From the IMG/VR virus record IMGVR_UViG_3300032227_001252: a stretch of 51,965 nucleotides of DNA; one strand, given 5' to 3'. The stretch is from an uncultured virus (IMG/VR IMGVR_UViG_3300032227_001252) (lineage: Duplodnaviria > Heunggongvirae > Uroviricota > Caudoviricetes). Of the stretch, positions 8,626-18,718 are shown piece after piece (position 1 is the first letter of the stretch; each line of letters begins with the position of its first letter). The position numbers were made by a program, and so were the translations under genes. The notes beneath the pieces are model-generated. The model did no database searches and was not told the origin of the DNA. It worked only from the letters and a program-made list of their open reading frames with translations.

Positions 8626-9261
8626 ATGCGTACCACCAACACGACCACGACCTTCAACACCACCAACAACCGGAGCAGCGCCATGATCACCGTCCGCCCC
8701 TTCATCGGGCAAACTGACAGCGGCTTCCCCTTCCAGGGCTACGCCTGCATCATCAACGGCTACTGGGGCACCCGCAGCAACGGGTACCACATCTGGGCCA
8801 TGTCGGAGGGCAAGGCCCACGAACTGGGCCGCAAGGTCGCGGGGCAGGTCGGCACGACCCCCGCCACCTTCATCGAGTGGGGTGTCCTCCCCACCCGCGG
8901 CGCCGCCCCGGCTCCCCGCCCCGCGCCGCAGGCCGCTCCCGGCCCCTTCGCGACGGCGACCCCCGCGGCTCGCCCCGCTCCGGTGGAGGCCCCCCGCACC
9001 GTGACGGTGCAGGCGCAGGCTCCCCGCCCCCGCTCCGCGGCGCAGTGCGCTGCCACTCTCCGCCTCACCAGCAGCAACGCCCTGCGTTGCGAGCGTGGGG
9101 ACATTGGCGGGGACATCGGCAAGATGCGCAAGGGTGTCCTCACGGCGATGGCAAACTACCAAGAGGCCTGCAAGAGGGAGGGCGTCGGAGAGGATCGCGA
9201 GCTCCTCGAGAACGCCGTCTACGCCGCTGGCGTGGACGCCATCGACAGCGAGGCTGTCTGA
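8626..9261 (+). CDS. hypothetical protein with Pro/Ala-rich linker
   Basis: GGAG RBS; first gene of the plus-strand run; alternative internal ATG (MITVRP). Confidence 0.75.
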   Translation: MRTTNTTTTFNTTNNRSSAMITVRPFIGQTDSGFPFQGYACIINGYWGTRSNGYHIWAMSEGKAHELGRKVAGQVGTTPATFIEWGVLPTRGAAPAPRPAPQAAPGPFATATPAARPAPVEAPRTVTVQAQAPRPRSAAQCAATLRLTSSNALRCERGDIGGDIGKMRKGVLTAMANYQEACKREGVGEDRELLENAVYAAGVDAIDSEAV

Positions 9262-9452
9262 TGGTCGCTCTCGAGCGTGCCCTCAACGTCGCTGTCATCG
9301 CGGCGTTCGGGGGCTTCATGGGGTGGGCCGTGCTCGCATGGCTCACCGACCCCACCTCTGATGCGGGATGTGACGACCCCCGCATGGTCTGCACTACAGC
9401 GGGGACGTCGCCCGCTGGCTTCACCACCACGAACACGCAGGAGTCCCGATGA
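9261..9452 (+). CDS. small membrane protein
   Basis: TGATG overlap; hydrophobic VAVIAAFGGFMGWAVLAWL. Confidence 0.65.
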   Translation: MVALERALNVAVIAAFGGFMGWAVLAWLTDPTSDAGCDDPRMVCTTAGTSPAGFTTTNTQESR

Positions 9453-9820
9453 ACCGCCCCGCCCAGTCCGCCGTCACGACGGCTCGCAACATGCTCCGCG
9501 ACAGCAACAATCTCGTCCGGGATCTCCGTGACGAACTCCGCCGCCTCGACCAAACGATCGCCGGTCAGATGAGCGGCCTCCGCCGCTGGCACCACAGCGA
9601 GTATCAGGTGGTCGACGGCGTCCAGTACGTCGGCGACTTCACCGACGAGAGCGGCACCACGTCGCTCACGTCCGAGGCGTGGCGGACGATGGTCGACCAG
9701 GCCGCCCGCGACATCGAGGAGTGGCGCAGCCCGCTCGTCGGCAAGTTGCAGGCTGCGAGCGCTCGCCAGAGCTACTGGCGGGCCGAGTGCGACCGTCTCA
9801 CGACCCGGAAGGCGTCGTGA
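9449..9820 (+). CDS. hypothetical protein
   Basis: ATGA overlap, AGGAG RBS. Confidence 0.75.
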   Translation: MNRPAQSAVTTARNMLRDSNNLVRDLRDELRRLDQTIAGQMSGLRRWHHSEYQVVDGVQYVGDFTDESGTTSLTSEAWRTMVDQAARDIEEWRSPLVGKLQAASARQSYWRAECDRLTTRKAS

Positions 9821-9967
9821 CCCGGCGCGCTCCTGTGGTGTCCGCGGTGACTCGCGGCGCCGGATGCTTCCTGTTCGAGTCGCGTGGGGCTGTCCCTGCG
9901 CGTAGCACTCTCCCCTCCACCACCAAGCGGGCCATCCGCTAATCTCAACACGAACGGAGTCGTACAC

Positions 9968-10576
9968 ATGTCGAAGCGCACCGAAGAGAAGTCCTGGCTT
10001 CAGTCCTACAACGCCAAGACCGAGCGTACCCGCTACGCGGCGTCCCTCTCGAAGCCCGCGTTCGGTGTCATCACCGACGTGCCGGGGTACGAGAACATCC
10101 TCTGGGGTGGCCGCACGGCCAACAACCTCGGGTTCAACCTCCAGAAGGCGTACCAGAACATGGTTCTGGACTACGCCAGCGTGGAGAAGGGCTACCGCCC
10201 CAGCCGTCAGGGCATGGGCGTGGCGGCCCAGATCGAGGAGGCCCGCTCGCAGGGGAAGTTGGCGGACAACATGCTGCCCATGACCCCCGCGCACTGGCGG
10301 GCGGTGCTGGCGAACCTCCCCCTCGCCTCCACCGAGGGCGGCAAGGGCATCAGCGTGGGTGGCATGATCACCTTGCTGGCCGGCCTGTCTGACCTGGCCA
10401 ACGGGAGAAACACCGACGCGTTCAAGGACATGGTCACCTACCTCCGCAAGTTCGCGGAGATCAGCCCGAAGTACTCGCAGTACCTCCCGGCGGCTGCTGC
10501 TGCCGAGGAAGGCGAGTCGGAGGCCCGCGACGCCATGCGCAGCGAGATGGCTGCGGCGTTCGCTGCCGCCGGGTAG
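9968..10576 (+). CDS. hypothetical protein
   Basis: GGAG RBS then ATG (MSKRTEEK); followed by a terminator. Confidence 0.8.
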   Translation: MSKRTEEKSWLQSYNAKTERTRYAASLSKPAFGVITDVPGYENILWGGRTANNLGFNLQKAYQNMVLDYASVEKGYRPSRQGMGVAAQIEEARSQGKLADNMLPMTPAHWRAVLANLPLASTEGGKGISVGGMITLLAGLSDLANGRNTDAFKDMVTYLRKFAEISPKYSQYLPAAAAAEEGESEARDAMRSEMAAAFAAAG

Positions 10577-10600
10577 TCACCCCTCACCCTTCACCCCAAC

Positions 10601-10639
10601 GGGGGCAGGTTCCGCAAGGAGCCTGCCCCCTTCTCGTTT
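10601..10639 (+). terminator. intrinsic terminator-like hairpin
   Basis: GGGGGCAGGTTCC-GCAA-GGAGCCTGCCCCC followed by TTCTCGTTT. Confidence 0.7.
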
Positions 10640-10650
10640 CTGGAGCCTAC

Positions 10651-10938
10651 ATGAGCACGACCACGACCCCGAACCCCCAGCAGGAGTCCTTCATGGACAC
10701 GACCGCGACCCCCCGGCCCATCCGACGCCTCACCTCCGCGGATCGCCGCGCCGCCCGCGAGGCCATGGACGCCAAGATCGCGTCCTTCGAGCAGCTCGGC
10801 GGCATCTCCAGCCGCACCCGCGAGGTGCTCGACCTCGTCGACGAGCAGGTCGAAGCGGAGTGGCGCATCTCCCGCCGCGCCGCCCGCGCCAACCGCCTCG
10901 CCTCCAGCGGGGCTTCCCTCACCCGTGGAGGTGTCTGA
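10651..10938 (+). CDS. hypothetical protein
   Basis: GGAG RBS; coupled to the next gene. Confidence 0.7.
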   Translation: MSTTTTPNPQQESFMDTTATPRPIRRLTSADRRAAREAMDAKIASFEQLGGISSRTREVLDLVDEQVEAEWRISRRAARANRLASSGASLTRGGV

Positions 10939-11246
10939 TGGGCATGAGCAAGGCGGCGAAGTTCGCGGCCTCCGTGGACGCGATCATGAGCGAGAACGGC
11001 ATCACTCCCGCTGACATGCTCTGCGTGTTCGCGGGTGGCCTCGTCGACCTCCCCGTGCAGCAGTGGGGAGCGTACATCGCCGAGATGCGCCAGGACGCGG
11101 AGCGCTTCCGTGAAGCCGCCCGCGCCGCTCTCGCGGAGGAGTGCGACTGTTCCGAGTGCAGGCCTCCGCAGGCGGCGAAGAAGGACGCCAAGGCAGACCT
11201 CGCCATCCGGGCTATCCGCTTCAGCGGCCCGGTCGGGGAGGCCTGA
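10938..11246 (+). CDS. hypothetical protein (CxCxxC)
   Basis: TGATG overlap, GGAGG RBS. Confidence 0.7.
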   Translation: MGMSKAAKFAASVDAIMSENGITPADMLCVFAGGLVDLPVQQWGAYIAEMRQDAERFREAARAALAEECDCSECRPPQAAKKDAKADLAIRAIRFSGPVGEA

Positions 11247-11248
11247 AC

Positions 11249-11392
11249 ATGGCCAAGACTCTACGACGCATCCCCCTCGCCCACATGGTCAAGGAGCGCA
11301 AGGCTCGTGCTGAAGCAGAGCGAGCCTTCCGCTCCACGCGTGTGAGCGAGTCTGACGTCCGCCGCATGATCCTTCGCGGCGCGATGGCGTAG
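11249..11392 (+). CDS. small basic hypothetical protein
   Basis: GGAGG RBS; MAKTLRRIPL... Confidence 0.6.
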   Translation: MAKTLRRIPLAHMVKERKARAEAERAFRSTRVSESDVRRMILRGAMA

Positions 11393-11492
11393 TGCAACGG
11401 CGGCGTATCAGCGCGGGCTGGTACGTCGCAGTGGCCCTACGGCAACTGCTACATCTCTCCGGCACCTCTGGTGCCCTCACTCTGGAGCTTTC

Positions 11493-11999
11493 ATGTCTGC
11501 ATGGGTGTACGCTGTTCTCACCGACAGCAACGGCAAGGTTCTGGCTACCGCGGGCAGCGGGTCGCTCGGTGAAGCGTTCCGCAACGGGTGGACGAAGCTC
11601 ATCGCCCTGATGAGCGTGGACAACCCGCCGGACCTGACGATGACGCTGACGACAGAGATCCGTCAGCGGCACCGCTTCCCTATGGATCAGCGGGTGAGCA
11701 GCATCGAGTTCGGCGACATGAGCTTCGCCGCGACTCACACCACCCGCTCGGCGACGAGCAAGAAGTGTGTGTGCGGGGTGTGCGGCTGGGACGAGGCGAA
11801 GCAGCGCACCACGTTCCTGGCCGTGAGTGACCCGTTCGGCTTTCGCCTGATCGAGCCGGATCTTCGCTCCCTCGTGGACGAGGACCCCACCGTGTTCTAC
11901 GCCCCTCACCCGCAGGTGGCGGTGGAGTGCGGCATGTGCGAGGCCCTTCGCGAGAAGGGCATCGACCCCATCACCATGCAGCCCAAGCAGGAGGTCTGA
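11493..11999 (+). CDS. Zn-ribbon-containing hypothetical protein
   Basis: CVCGVC and CGMC motifs. Confidence 0.75.
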   Translation: MSAWVYAVLTDSNGKVLATAGSGSLGEAFRNGWTKLIALMSVDNPPDLTMTLTTEIRQRHRFPMDQRVSSIEFGDMSFAATHTTRSATSKKCVCGVCGWDEAKQRTTFLAVSDPFGFRLIEPDLRSLVDEDPTVFYAPHPQVAVECGMCEALREKGIDPITMQPKQEV

Positions 12000-12139
12000 T
12001 GCACTGGCTCAAGCTCCCGACCGGCTCTGACTGGGAGCTGCTGGGGTTCAGCGTCGTGTTCACGGCCGTGGCGCTCGGCCTCTACGCCGCCATCTCTGGC
12101 GTCGTGCTTCTCGTCCTCACCCTCATCTCTGGAGTCTAA
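11999..12139 (+). CDS. small membrane protein
   Basis: TGATG overlap; long hydrophobic stretch. Confidence 0.6.
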   Translation: MHWLKLPTGSDWELLGFSVVFTAVALGLYAAISGVVLLVLTLISGV

Positions 12140-12141
12140 AC

Positions 12142-13065
12142 ATGATCCGCACCGTCCTCGCTCCTTCCTTCGACCTCGCTCTGACCGTCCCCGCTCCGAT
12201 CCTCCTCACGGTGGAGGCGGAGTACGGCGCCATCGTGTTCGAGGGTACGCTGTACACCGCGGCGCACCACCAGCCGCACGGCCCGTACGCTGGCAACCAT
12301 GTGGTTGAAGGTGGCCGTCCGGCGCCGTGCAACGACACCAACATCCCCGAGCTCGACTCGGCGGATGTCAGCGGCACCATCCTCGTGTCCCACATCGACC
12401 TGGACACGCTGGGCGGCGTGCTCCGGGCCGAGGCTCGTCGTGACCTGTTCGCCGAGGCCAACGCGTCCTTCTGGGCGCTGGCGGAGTTCGTGGACGTCAA
12501 CGGCGCCCACAAGATGCACTTCGCCAAGCCCAGCGAGCGGGATGCCCGGCGCCTCTACGCTTGGTGGGCCTACGCCAAGACGATGCCCCGGGTCCCGCGT
12601 GATCAGGTGACGGATGTCACCGACATGCTGGGCGCTGCGGGAGACGCCCTCGCGCGCATCTTCGAGGGCGACGAGGGACTGCTCGCAGCTGGCGACGCCT
12701 TCCGCGCCGAGGAGGTCGCGCTGAACAAGCGGACGTTCCGCCGCATCTCCCAGCTCGGCGTGGTCACGCGCATCGCCGACAAGCCCAACGACTTCGTGAA
12801 CCACCTGTACACCGCCCCGAACGGGTTCGCAGGCGGGACGGTTGTGGCCTGGAACAAGGCGAACGGGAGCATCACGATCTCCCGAGCGGAGCCGTGCCCT
12901 GAGCTGTCCTGCCGGGACATGGTGCAGACGCTCTGGGGGCCGGAGGCCGGCGGTCACGACGGCATCGCCGGGTCGCCGCGAGGCCGCATGATGACCGAGG
13001 AGGAGTTCGATCAGGCCTTGGACTACGTCTACGACCGCGTCCTCGCCCATCACTCCGGCGAATGA
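12142..13065 (+). CDS. putative DHH-superfamily-like phosphoesterase
   Basis: AAHH, SHIDLDTLGG, VDVNGAH and C-terminal AGGHDGIAGSPRG. Confidence 0.55.
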   Translation: MIRTVLAPSFDLALTVPAPILLTVEAEYGAIVFEGTLYTAAHHQPHGPYAGNHVVEGGRPAPCNDTNIPELDSADVSGTILVSHIDLDTLGGVLRAEARRDLFAEANASFWALAEFVDVNGAHKMHFAKPSERDARRLYAWWAYAKTMPRVPRDQVTDVTDMLGAAGDALARIFEGDEGLLAAGDAFRAEEVALNKRTFRRISQLGVVTRIADKPNDFVNHLYTAPNGFAGGTVVAWNKANGSITISRAEPCPELSCRDMVQTLWGPEAGGHDGIAGSPRGRMMTEEEFDQALDYVYDRVLAHHSGE

Positions 13066-13094
13066 TGAGCAACACCCACACACTCGGAGGCCTC

Positions 13095-13427
13095 ATGAAC
13101 CGCAACGAACGTCTCGACGCTCTCACCGACGCTCTCGTGCAGACCCTCCACAACGAGAAGGTCTACTACATCTCCCACGGGATGTTGCGGGCGACGGTCG
13201 ACGCGCTGTGCAGCAGTCAGCACGGCGCCGACCTCCTGCGGGCCTACATCGACGAGGCGCTGGAGGAGGCCAAGAGCGTGGCTCTGACGCGGATCTTCCT
13301 GAGCGCCTCCGGTCTCACGGAGGAGGAGGCCGAGGAGGAGATCCGCGACGGCTTCCGCTGGGAGAGCACCCGCGAGGCCCCGGCCGACAACGACACCATG
13401 GACGTTGAGGAGGAAGCATGTCTGTGA
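13095..13427 (+). CDS. hypothetical protein
   Basis: GGAGG RBS before the ATG at 13095 (ORF is open from 13062). Confidence 0.7.
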   Translation: MNRNERLDALTDALVQTLHNEKVYYISHGMLRATVDALCSSQHGADLLRAYIDEALEEAKSVALTRIFLSASGLTEEEAEEEIRDGFRWESTREAPADNDTMDVEEEACL

Positions 13428-13915
13428 AGTCTGGCACCTACACAGCCCGGCCCGTGGAGCGGAACGAGTGGAAGCCCGGCCCGTGGGACTTGGAGCCGTT
13501 CGACTGGGCCGCGTGGGAGGACGAGGAGACGGGCTTCGTCTGCGCCCTGAAGCGGAACCACTCCGGCACTTGGTGTGGCTACGTCGTGCTGCCCTTCGAC
13601 CACCCCATCCGCAGGTACAAGGATGGCGACTCGGGCGACCTTCAAGCAGGCAACCCGGTCTGGTTGGACGTCCACGGGGGCGTGACCTTCGACGGGCCGT
13701 TTCGGCTGGAGGAGGCTGACATCGCCGGGGTCGCAGTCGGGTTCGATTGCAACCACTGGCAGGACCTCTGTCCCCGCTACACCGACATGAGCGAAGGTGA
13801 GTACCGCACCGCTGACTACGCCATGAGCGAGGTTCGCAGCCTGGCGCGTCAGATCGCAGACTTCCTACCGCTGGAGCAGCTTGTCTCCGGCACCAACCTC
13901 ACGGAGTCAGCATGA
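13418..13915 (+). CDS. conserved phage protein (WCGYV...VHGG.T...GFDC.H)
   Basis: Recurrent phage family motifs; C-terminal LPLEQLV. Confidence 0.85.
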   Translation: MSVKSGTYTARPVERNEWKPGPWDLEPFDWAAWEDEETGFVCALKRNHSGTWCGYVVLPFDHPIRRYKDGDSGDLQAGNPVWLDVHGGVTFDGPFRLEEADIAGVAVGFDCNHWQDLCPRYTDMSEGEYRTADYAMSEVRSLARQIADFLPLEQLVSGTNLTESA

Positions 13916-14268
13916 CCAATGACCAGATCGACAAGCTCCGCAGCACGCTCGTGTCGCTCTTCGGAGAGGCCATCGTCGAGCCTGACGACGAGAGCGAGAG
14001 CCTCTACGTCGAGTCCAAGCGGGCCGCGGTGATGATCGTCCGCGACGTCATGGACGTGGACAGCATCCTCGGCGAACGACAGATCCCCTGCTGGTCGGTC
14101 GGCACGCTGGATGACGAGGGCGAGTTCAGCATGATCGACCAGAGCGACTCGTTCTGGGGCATCACCGCCAAGGCCGCGAGCATCATCACACGGACGGCGG
14201 TCGCTGCTCTGCAGTTCGACGAGTACGTCAGCCAACTCAAGCAGGAAGCGGAGCAGCAATATGAGTGA
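13912..14268 (+). CDS. hypothetical protein
   Basis: ATGA overlap. Confidence 0.75.
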   Translation: MTNDQIDKLRSTLVSLFGEAIVEPDDESESLYVESKRAAVMIVRDVMDVDSILGERQIPCWSVGTLDDEGEFSMIDQSDSFWGITAKAASIITRTAVAALQFDEYVSQLKQEAEQQYE

Positions 14269-14719
14269 TCGCAAGCCCTTCATCGCCGTGTGCTGGACGG
14301 CGACGGACTACAGCTCCTACTACGGCGTTGTGAAGATCTCGCACGGGGAGTACCTCGAGATGAAGGAGCTGGGGTCGCTGGTTGAGGTGGCCCGCCGCAA
14401 GTTCAGGCAGGTGAACGCGATCTCGGCTGCTGACTCCTACACCATCTGGTACGAAGCGATCCCCTGGGCCCAAGGGCGCACGGAGGATGAGCTGACCCAA
14501 CAAGACGAGGTGGAGCGCCTCGTGCTCGATGGGGACTGGGTGAAGGTGCATGAGGCAGACCTCGATGATGAGTCGACACCTGCCATCCGCACAGCGTGCG
14601 ATGAGGTGGAGATCAGCACCGAGTCTATGCAGTTCTCCTTCTACGAGAAGCACGGGGACACGCGCATCGGCAGTCCCTACCTCAACATGAAGCAACTCGA
14701 CGAACACTTCGGAGGCTGA
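14261..14719 (+). CDS. hypothetical protein
   Basis: Overlapping start, GGAG RBS. Confidence 0.75.
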   Translation: MSDRKPFIAVCWTATDYSSYYGVVKISHGEYLEMKELGSLVEVARRKFRQVNAISAADSYTIWYEAIPWAQGRTEDELTQQDEVERLVLDGDWVKVHEADLDDESTPAIRTACDEVEISTESMQFSFYEKHGDTRIGSPYLNMKQLDEHFGG

Positions 14720-14722
14720 CAC

Positions 14723-15070
14723 ATGAGCTACAAGATCGTGGTCAACGGCTGCTTCGGCGGCTTCGGCGTGAGTGAGCAGGGGGCGGAGTGGCTGCTGGCC
14801 AACGGGGCCGGCACGGACAAGGTCTCCGTGACCAAGACCGTGCACGGGGAATACGCCTCGACCTACGTCAACGTCGACCTCCTCCGTCACGACCCCCTGC
14901 TCGTTCGCATGGTGGAGACGCTGGGGGAGAAGGCGAACGGGGATCACGCCAAGCTCTACGTCCACGAAATCGAGCAGCCGCTGTACCGGATCGACGAGTA
15001 CGACGGCAGTGAGTCCGTCGAAGAGCCGGCGGGCGTGCACTGGAACAACGCCACCATCAACGAGGAGTGA
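14723..15070 (+). CDS. conserved phage protein (KIVVN.CFGGF...RHDP.LV...EYDG.E)
   Basis: Recurrent phage family motifs. Confidence 0.85.
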   Translation: MSYKIVVNGCFGGFGVSEQGAEWLLANGAGTDKVSVTKTVHGEYASTYVNVDLLRHDPLLVRMVETLGEKANGDHAKLYVHEIEQPLYRIDEYDGSESVEEPAGVHWNNATINEE

Positions 15071-15072
15071 GC

Positions 15073-15714
15073 ATGAACATCGACACCAGCCTTTCCATCG
15101 TCCCCTCCGTCGTCGCCGAGCTCGGCATCAAGAACGAAGAGCTCATCTCGGTTGCCGTGGCGCGACGGGAGCGTGCGCTCTCCTCCGCGATTCACCGGGC
15201 CAACCGTGAACTCCGCGACGGACAGGCCCGCCTGGCCGAGAGCGCGAAGAAGGTGAACGCCGAGGCGGCAGCGGCGGTCAAGGAGATCTTCGGCGAGCGC
15301 ATCAAGGCGCTGGAAGACGCCTTCGCCGCCTTCGACATCAAGGGGCAGGTGCAGACCGCCGTGAGCAACCGCCGAGAGGCGGACGGCGCGGTCGTCTGGA
15401 GCGTCGCGGTGTCCGCACACCGGTTCGGAGTGCTCAACTCGATGGCTTTCTCTCCGACCCCGAACCTCGTGGCAGCAACTGACGAGGTGGCGCGCCAGGA
15501 GGAGGAGCAGAAGGTCAAGTACACCGAACTGCTGGAGCTCAAGCGGGAGCTCGCCAACATCGCCAGCACAGAGCGTCAGGCTCGTGCGGCTCTGGCCGAG
15601 GCGACCCTCGCCGGAACGCAGGCGGGACGGCATCTGCTGGCTGCGATGACCGGCATGACGGGCCTCATGGAAGTGCCAGCCCTCGGCATGACCCTCAACA
15701 GCGAGGAGAAGTGA
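15073..15714 (+). CDS. coiled-coil hypothetical protein
   Basis: GAGGAG RBS; heptad-rich sequence. Confidence 0.75.
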   Translation: MNIDTSLSIVPSVVAELGIKNEELISVAVARRERALSSAIHRANRELRDGQARLAESAKKVNAEAAAAVKEIFGERIKALEDAFAAFDIKGQVQTAVSNRREADGAVVWSVAVSAHRFGVLNSMAFSPTPNLVAATDEVARQEEEQKVKYTELLELKRELANIASTERQARAALAEATLAGTQAGRHLLAAMTGMTGLMEVPALGMTLNSEEK

Positions 15715-16640
15715 TGGAAGTCATCGTGAAGGAGAGCGCAGCCGCAATGCGGCAGGTGGTGCTCATCAAGAAGACAGTGGACATCTTCGAGCGGCAGCTC
15801 CCGCTCGGGAAGATCGGTGAGGTCAAGGTCGGCGTGGCTGAGGTCTGGGAGCTCACGGACAGCCTCGACGCGGCCATCGACGCCGAGGAGGGCATCCCGG
15901 TCAACACCTACGAGGAGGCGAAGCAGCACGCCGAGAGCCTCGGGTTGATGTGGCAACGCCGCTGGGTGTGGGGCGGGGAGGAGGGTGACCCGCTGGCGGA
16001 GGGAGGGGATGCGCACTTCGAGTACAGGCAGCCCCGCACGATGCGGAGCGTGTGGTTCAGGATGCACCCTGCCACCATGATCCTCGACACCGACCAGCTG
16101 ACCGCAGAAGAGGTCGACACCCTGACGAAGAAGCACGGCTCGGTTCTGCTCTCGGGCAGTCACGTGCCGCTCGACGACAAGGTGGATCTCAAGCGAGAGG
16201 AGGTCGGGATCGCGTTCAGGGTGCCGGGCACGGATCACGACATCGAGCAGGGCTTCCGCCGCATCACGCACAAGCCAGGTCTGACGAAGCGCCGAGAAGC
16301 GGCGAGGCAGGGACGGCTCAAGAAGGCGGAGGCCGCACTCCCTTCTACGACAGACCTCGAAGGTCTCCACATGGCGTTGAGTGGCCTCGGCGAGCACTCG
16401 GACACGATTGTCTGGTTCAAGTGCTCCCCGAAGGACAACGGGCGACTGAACGGGAACAACCTGAAGCGGTCGATCACCGCCCTCTGCAGTCTCCAGAAGG
16501 CACTCGGTAACCCGTGGCTGACATGGGGAGCGGGATCTCGCTGGCGGGACTCCATCCTGCTACGCCGCGAGGCCATGAAGAACAGCAAGGACGAGTTCTG
16601 GATCAACCTGGTCAACTACCTCGAAAGCACGGAGGGATGA
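15711..16640 (+). CDS. hypothetical protein
   Basis: GTGA overlap; 309 aa. Confidence 0.75.
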   Translation: MMEVIVKESAAAMRQVVLIKKTVDIFERQLPLGKIGEVKVGVAEVWELTDSLDAAIDAEEGIPVNTYEEAKQHAESLGLMWQRRWVWGGEEGDPLAEGGDAHFEYRQPRTMRSVWFRMHPATMILDTDQLTAEEVDTLTKKHGSVLLSGSHVPLDDKVDLKREEVGIAFRVPGTDHDIEQGFRRITHKPGLTKRREAARQGRLKKAEAALPSTTDLEGLHMALSGLGEHSDTIVWFKCSPKDNGRLNGNNLKRSITALCSLQKALGNPWLTWGAGSRWRDSILLRREAMKNSKDEFWINLVNYLESTEG

Positions 16641-16882
16641 TGGAAACCGAGAAGATGATCCCCGCCAACCTCGCCGTCGCCCTCATGTCGCAGCGCAAGG
16701 AACTTCTGGTTCCCTTGATGCGAGGTTACCGCAGAGAGGCAGAGAAGGGCAGGCTGACTGGCCTGAAACTGGATCTCATCCTCAACGCCCTCGAGGTCGT
16801 GTGCGAGGAGGTCATCGACGCCCGCCTTGCGGCTCGAGGCTTCTCCGACGAGGACGAGGACGAGTGCGAGGAGGGAGTCTGA
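16637..16882 (+). CDS. hypothetical protein
   Basis: ATGA overlap, GGAGG RBS. Confidence 0.65.
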   Translation: MMETEKMIPANLAVALMSQRKELLVPLMRGYRREAEKGRLTGLKLDLILNALEVVCEEVIDARLAARGFSDEDEDECEEGV

Positions 16883-17058
16883 TGCACCAGAAGCAGCGGG
16901 TCACAACGACCATCAACGGCCAGGAGCGGACGCGCATCGAGGTGACCTGCAGGGAAGGAGGTCTGCCCTTCGTGATCACACGCGACGGCCAGACCTGTCC
17001 GACTTGCGGTCAGATGTTCAACCTCGTCGGGCAAGCCATCACGCACAAGGGGTACTGA
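16882..17058 (+). CDS. small Zn-ribbon protein
   Basis: TGATG overlap; C...CPTCG. Confidence 0.6.
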   Translation: MHQKQRVTTTINGQERTRIEVTCREGGLPFVITRDGQTCPTCGQMFNLVGQAITHKGY

Positions 17059-17060
17059 CA

Positions 17061-17663
17061 ATGCAGACCGAAACCATGACCGAAACTTCTCCGGCCCACA
17101 TCGACCACCTCAAGCCGTGGCTTTCCGCCGCCTACGGTCGAGTGGGAAGCGTAACGTCCCAGTACCCCAACATCTCCTTCACCGAGGGCGGGGAGGCGCG
17201 GGTCATGCAGATCGCCGGGTGGCTGGCGGGGCTCGTCCACGGCGGTCAGCGTGACCTGGCGGAGAAGGTGGCCCAGGACATCAGCAGCCAGTTCCGGTAC
17301 CTCAACGAGTACGGCGGGGATGTGGATGCTGCTTTTGAAGATGGTTCTCCGATCCTCAAGGTCCCGCGCTACATGGTGTCGCTCGGCGATGACGGCACCT
17401 TCGGCGGGTTCACCGTGTGCTGGTACCGGGCCGTGAAGGATGGCAGCGATGCGGACGGTGACCGCGCTTCCTTCCTGCGCAACCGCTGGGGGAGTCTGAT
17501 CGACCATCGACGCTGGGGGTCGCAAGAGGCTCAGCCGCGCGAGGTGGTGAGCTTCAACTACAAGTTCTCGATGAACGGCGGCCTGCTCTACCACGGACCC
17601 GGTGGTGGGGAGACGTTCAGCGTGGCGCTGGGCGATGTCCGGTTCTGGAGCATCCACACGTAG
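17061..17663 (+). CDS. DUF4120-like hypothetical protein
   Basis: C-terminal MNGGLLYHG...TFSV...WSIHT. Confidence 0.65.
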   Translation: MQTETMTETSPAHIDHLKPWLSAAYGRVGSVTSQYPNISFTEGGEARVMQIAGWLAGLVHGGQRDLAEKVAQDISSQFRYLNEYGGDVDAAFEDGSPILKVPRYMVSLGDDGTFGGFTVCWYRAVKDGSDADGDRASFLRNRWGSLIDHRRWGSQEAQPREVVSFNYKFSMNGGLLYHGPGGGETFSVALGDVRFWSIHT

Positions 17664-17672
17664 GAGGTCAGC

Positions 17673-18479
17673 ATGCCGGGCAAGAGGAAACTGAAAGACG
17701 ACAGGCTTGCCCGCTTCCTGGCGAAGGAGGCGCTCGTTGCAGCGAGGCCCAAGCGGACTCTCGGAGGGGTGATGAGCCTCTACCGGGAGGCCGCCGCGAG
17801 GAGCCGCGAGGCAGGGAGCGCGTTCACAGAGGTTATCGACAGGGTGTATCGAGGATGCGACGGGCCGCCGGACACAGGGGCGTGGACTGCATATCCTCGA
17901 TACCGACTGCTCTACACCACCCTCAAGTCCGGCAGCATCCGCATGTACAGCTTCGGCTGGTCACATGAGACCAACCACATCGGCGGAGGCCACTGGGTGC
18001 GGTCGTGGAGCTCGAGGATCTACAGCGGGTTGACAGATGCGGACTGTGTTCGGGACGTCATCGGACGGAGGCCCACGAGTCCGCTGGAAGAGCTCACATC
18101 AGAGATGGAAGTCAGCGATGCTCTGGCGGACAACGACCCCGCACTTGTTGCGGAGTTTGAGAGATGCCAGTTGAGAGCCGAAGGGCTGGCATCGCGGGTC
18201 AGGGTCATCTGGGGAAAGGTGACCGAGACCGTGACAGGTCACCTCGCCGAGACAGAGAACTGGCGGAGGAGGGCGGGCGAGCCGTGGCGACGCATCACGC
18301 TGGAAGACGGCACAGTCCTCACGATCACAGGTGAGGGCAAGGTGGTGCCAGCAGATGCTCCGGTCGAGGTGGCGATGAGCGTGCACCACCCCGTGGTGGT
18401 GCGGCCTTCTTCCTTCCCCAACAGCCTCGAAGAGCGGGTCCGGCTCGCACAGGAGAAGAGATGCAAGACAGCGGGATGA
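17673..18479 (+). CDS. hypothetical protein containing SPLEEL motif
   Basis: AGGAGG RBS; 268 aa. Confidence 0.75.
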   Translation: MPGKRKLKDDRLARFLAKEALVAARPKRTLGGVMSLYREAAARSREAGSAFTEVIDRVYRGCDGPPDTGAWTAYPRYRLLYTTLKSGSIRMYSFGWSHETNHIGGGHWVRSWSSRIYSGLTDADCVRDVIGRRPTSPLEELTSEMEVSDALADNDPALVAEFERCQLRAEGLASRVRVIWGKVTETVTGHLAETENWRRRAGEPWRRITLEDGTVLTITGEGKVVPADAPVEVAMSVHHPVVVRPSSFPNSLEERVRLAQEKRCKTAG

Positions 18480-18718
18480 CAGGGTCTGACAGGCTGGATC
18501 TCCTTCGCATGATTGAGCGGCTGGCCCGAGAGGCAGCGGCTCGTGAGGAGGAGCTGGTCAAGGTCAAGCAGGATCTCTCGGACTCGCGGAACTCCAACGT
18601 CTACTGGGCGAAGGAGAACGCAACCAATCAGGCTCGCATCAAGGAGCTTGAGCACCGTGTCAACGAACTCACATCACCACTCGCTGAACTGGCCCGAGCG
18701 GCCAAGGAGAACACATGA
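18476..18718 (+). CDS. coiled-coil protein with C-terminal SPLAELA
   Basis: ATGA overlap. Confidence 0.7.
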   Translation: MTGSDRLDLLRMIERLAREAAAREEELVKVKQDLSDSRNSNVYWAKENATNQARIKELEHRVNELTSPLAELARAAKENT

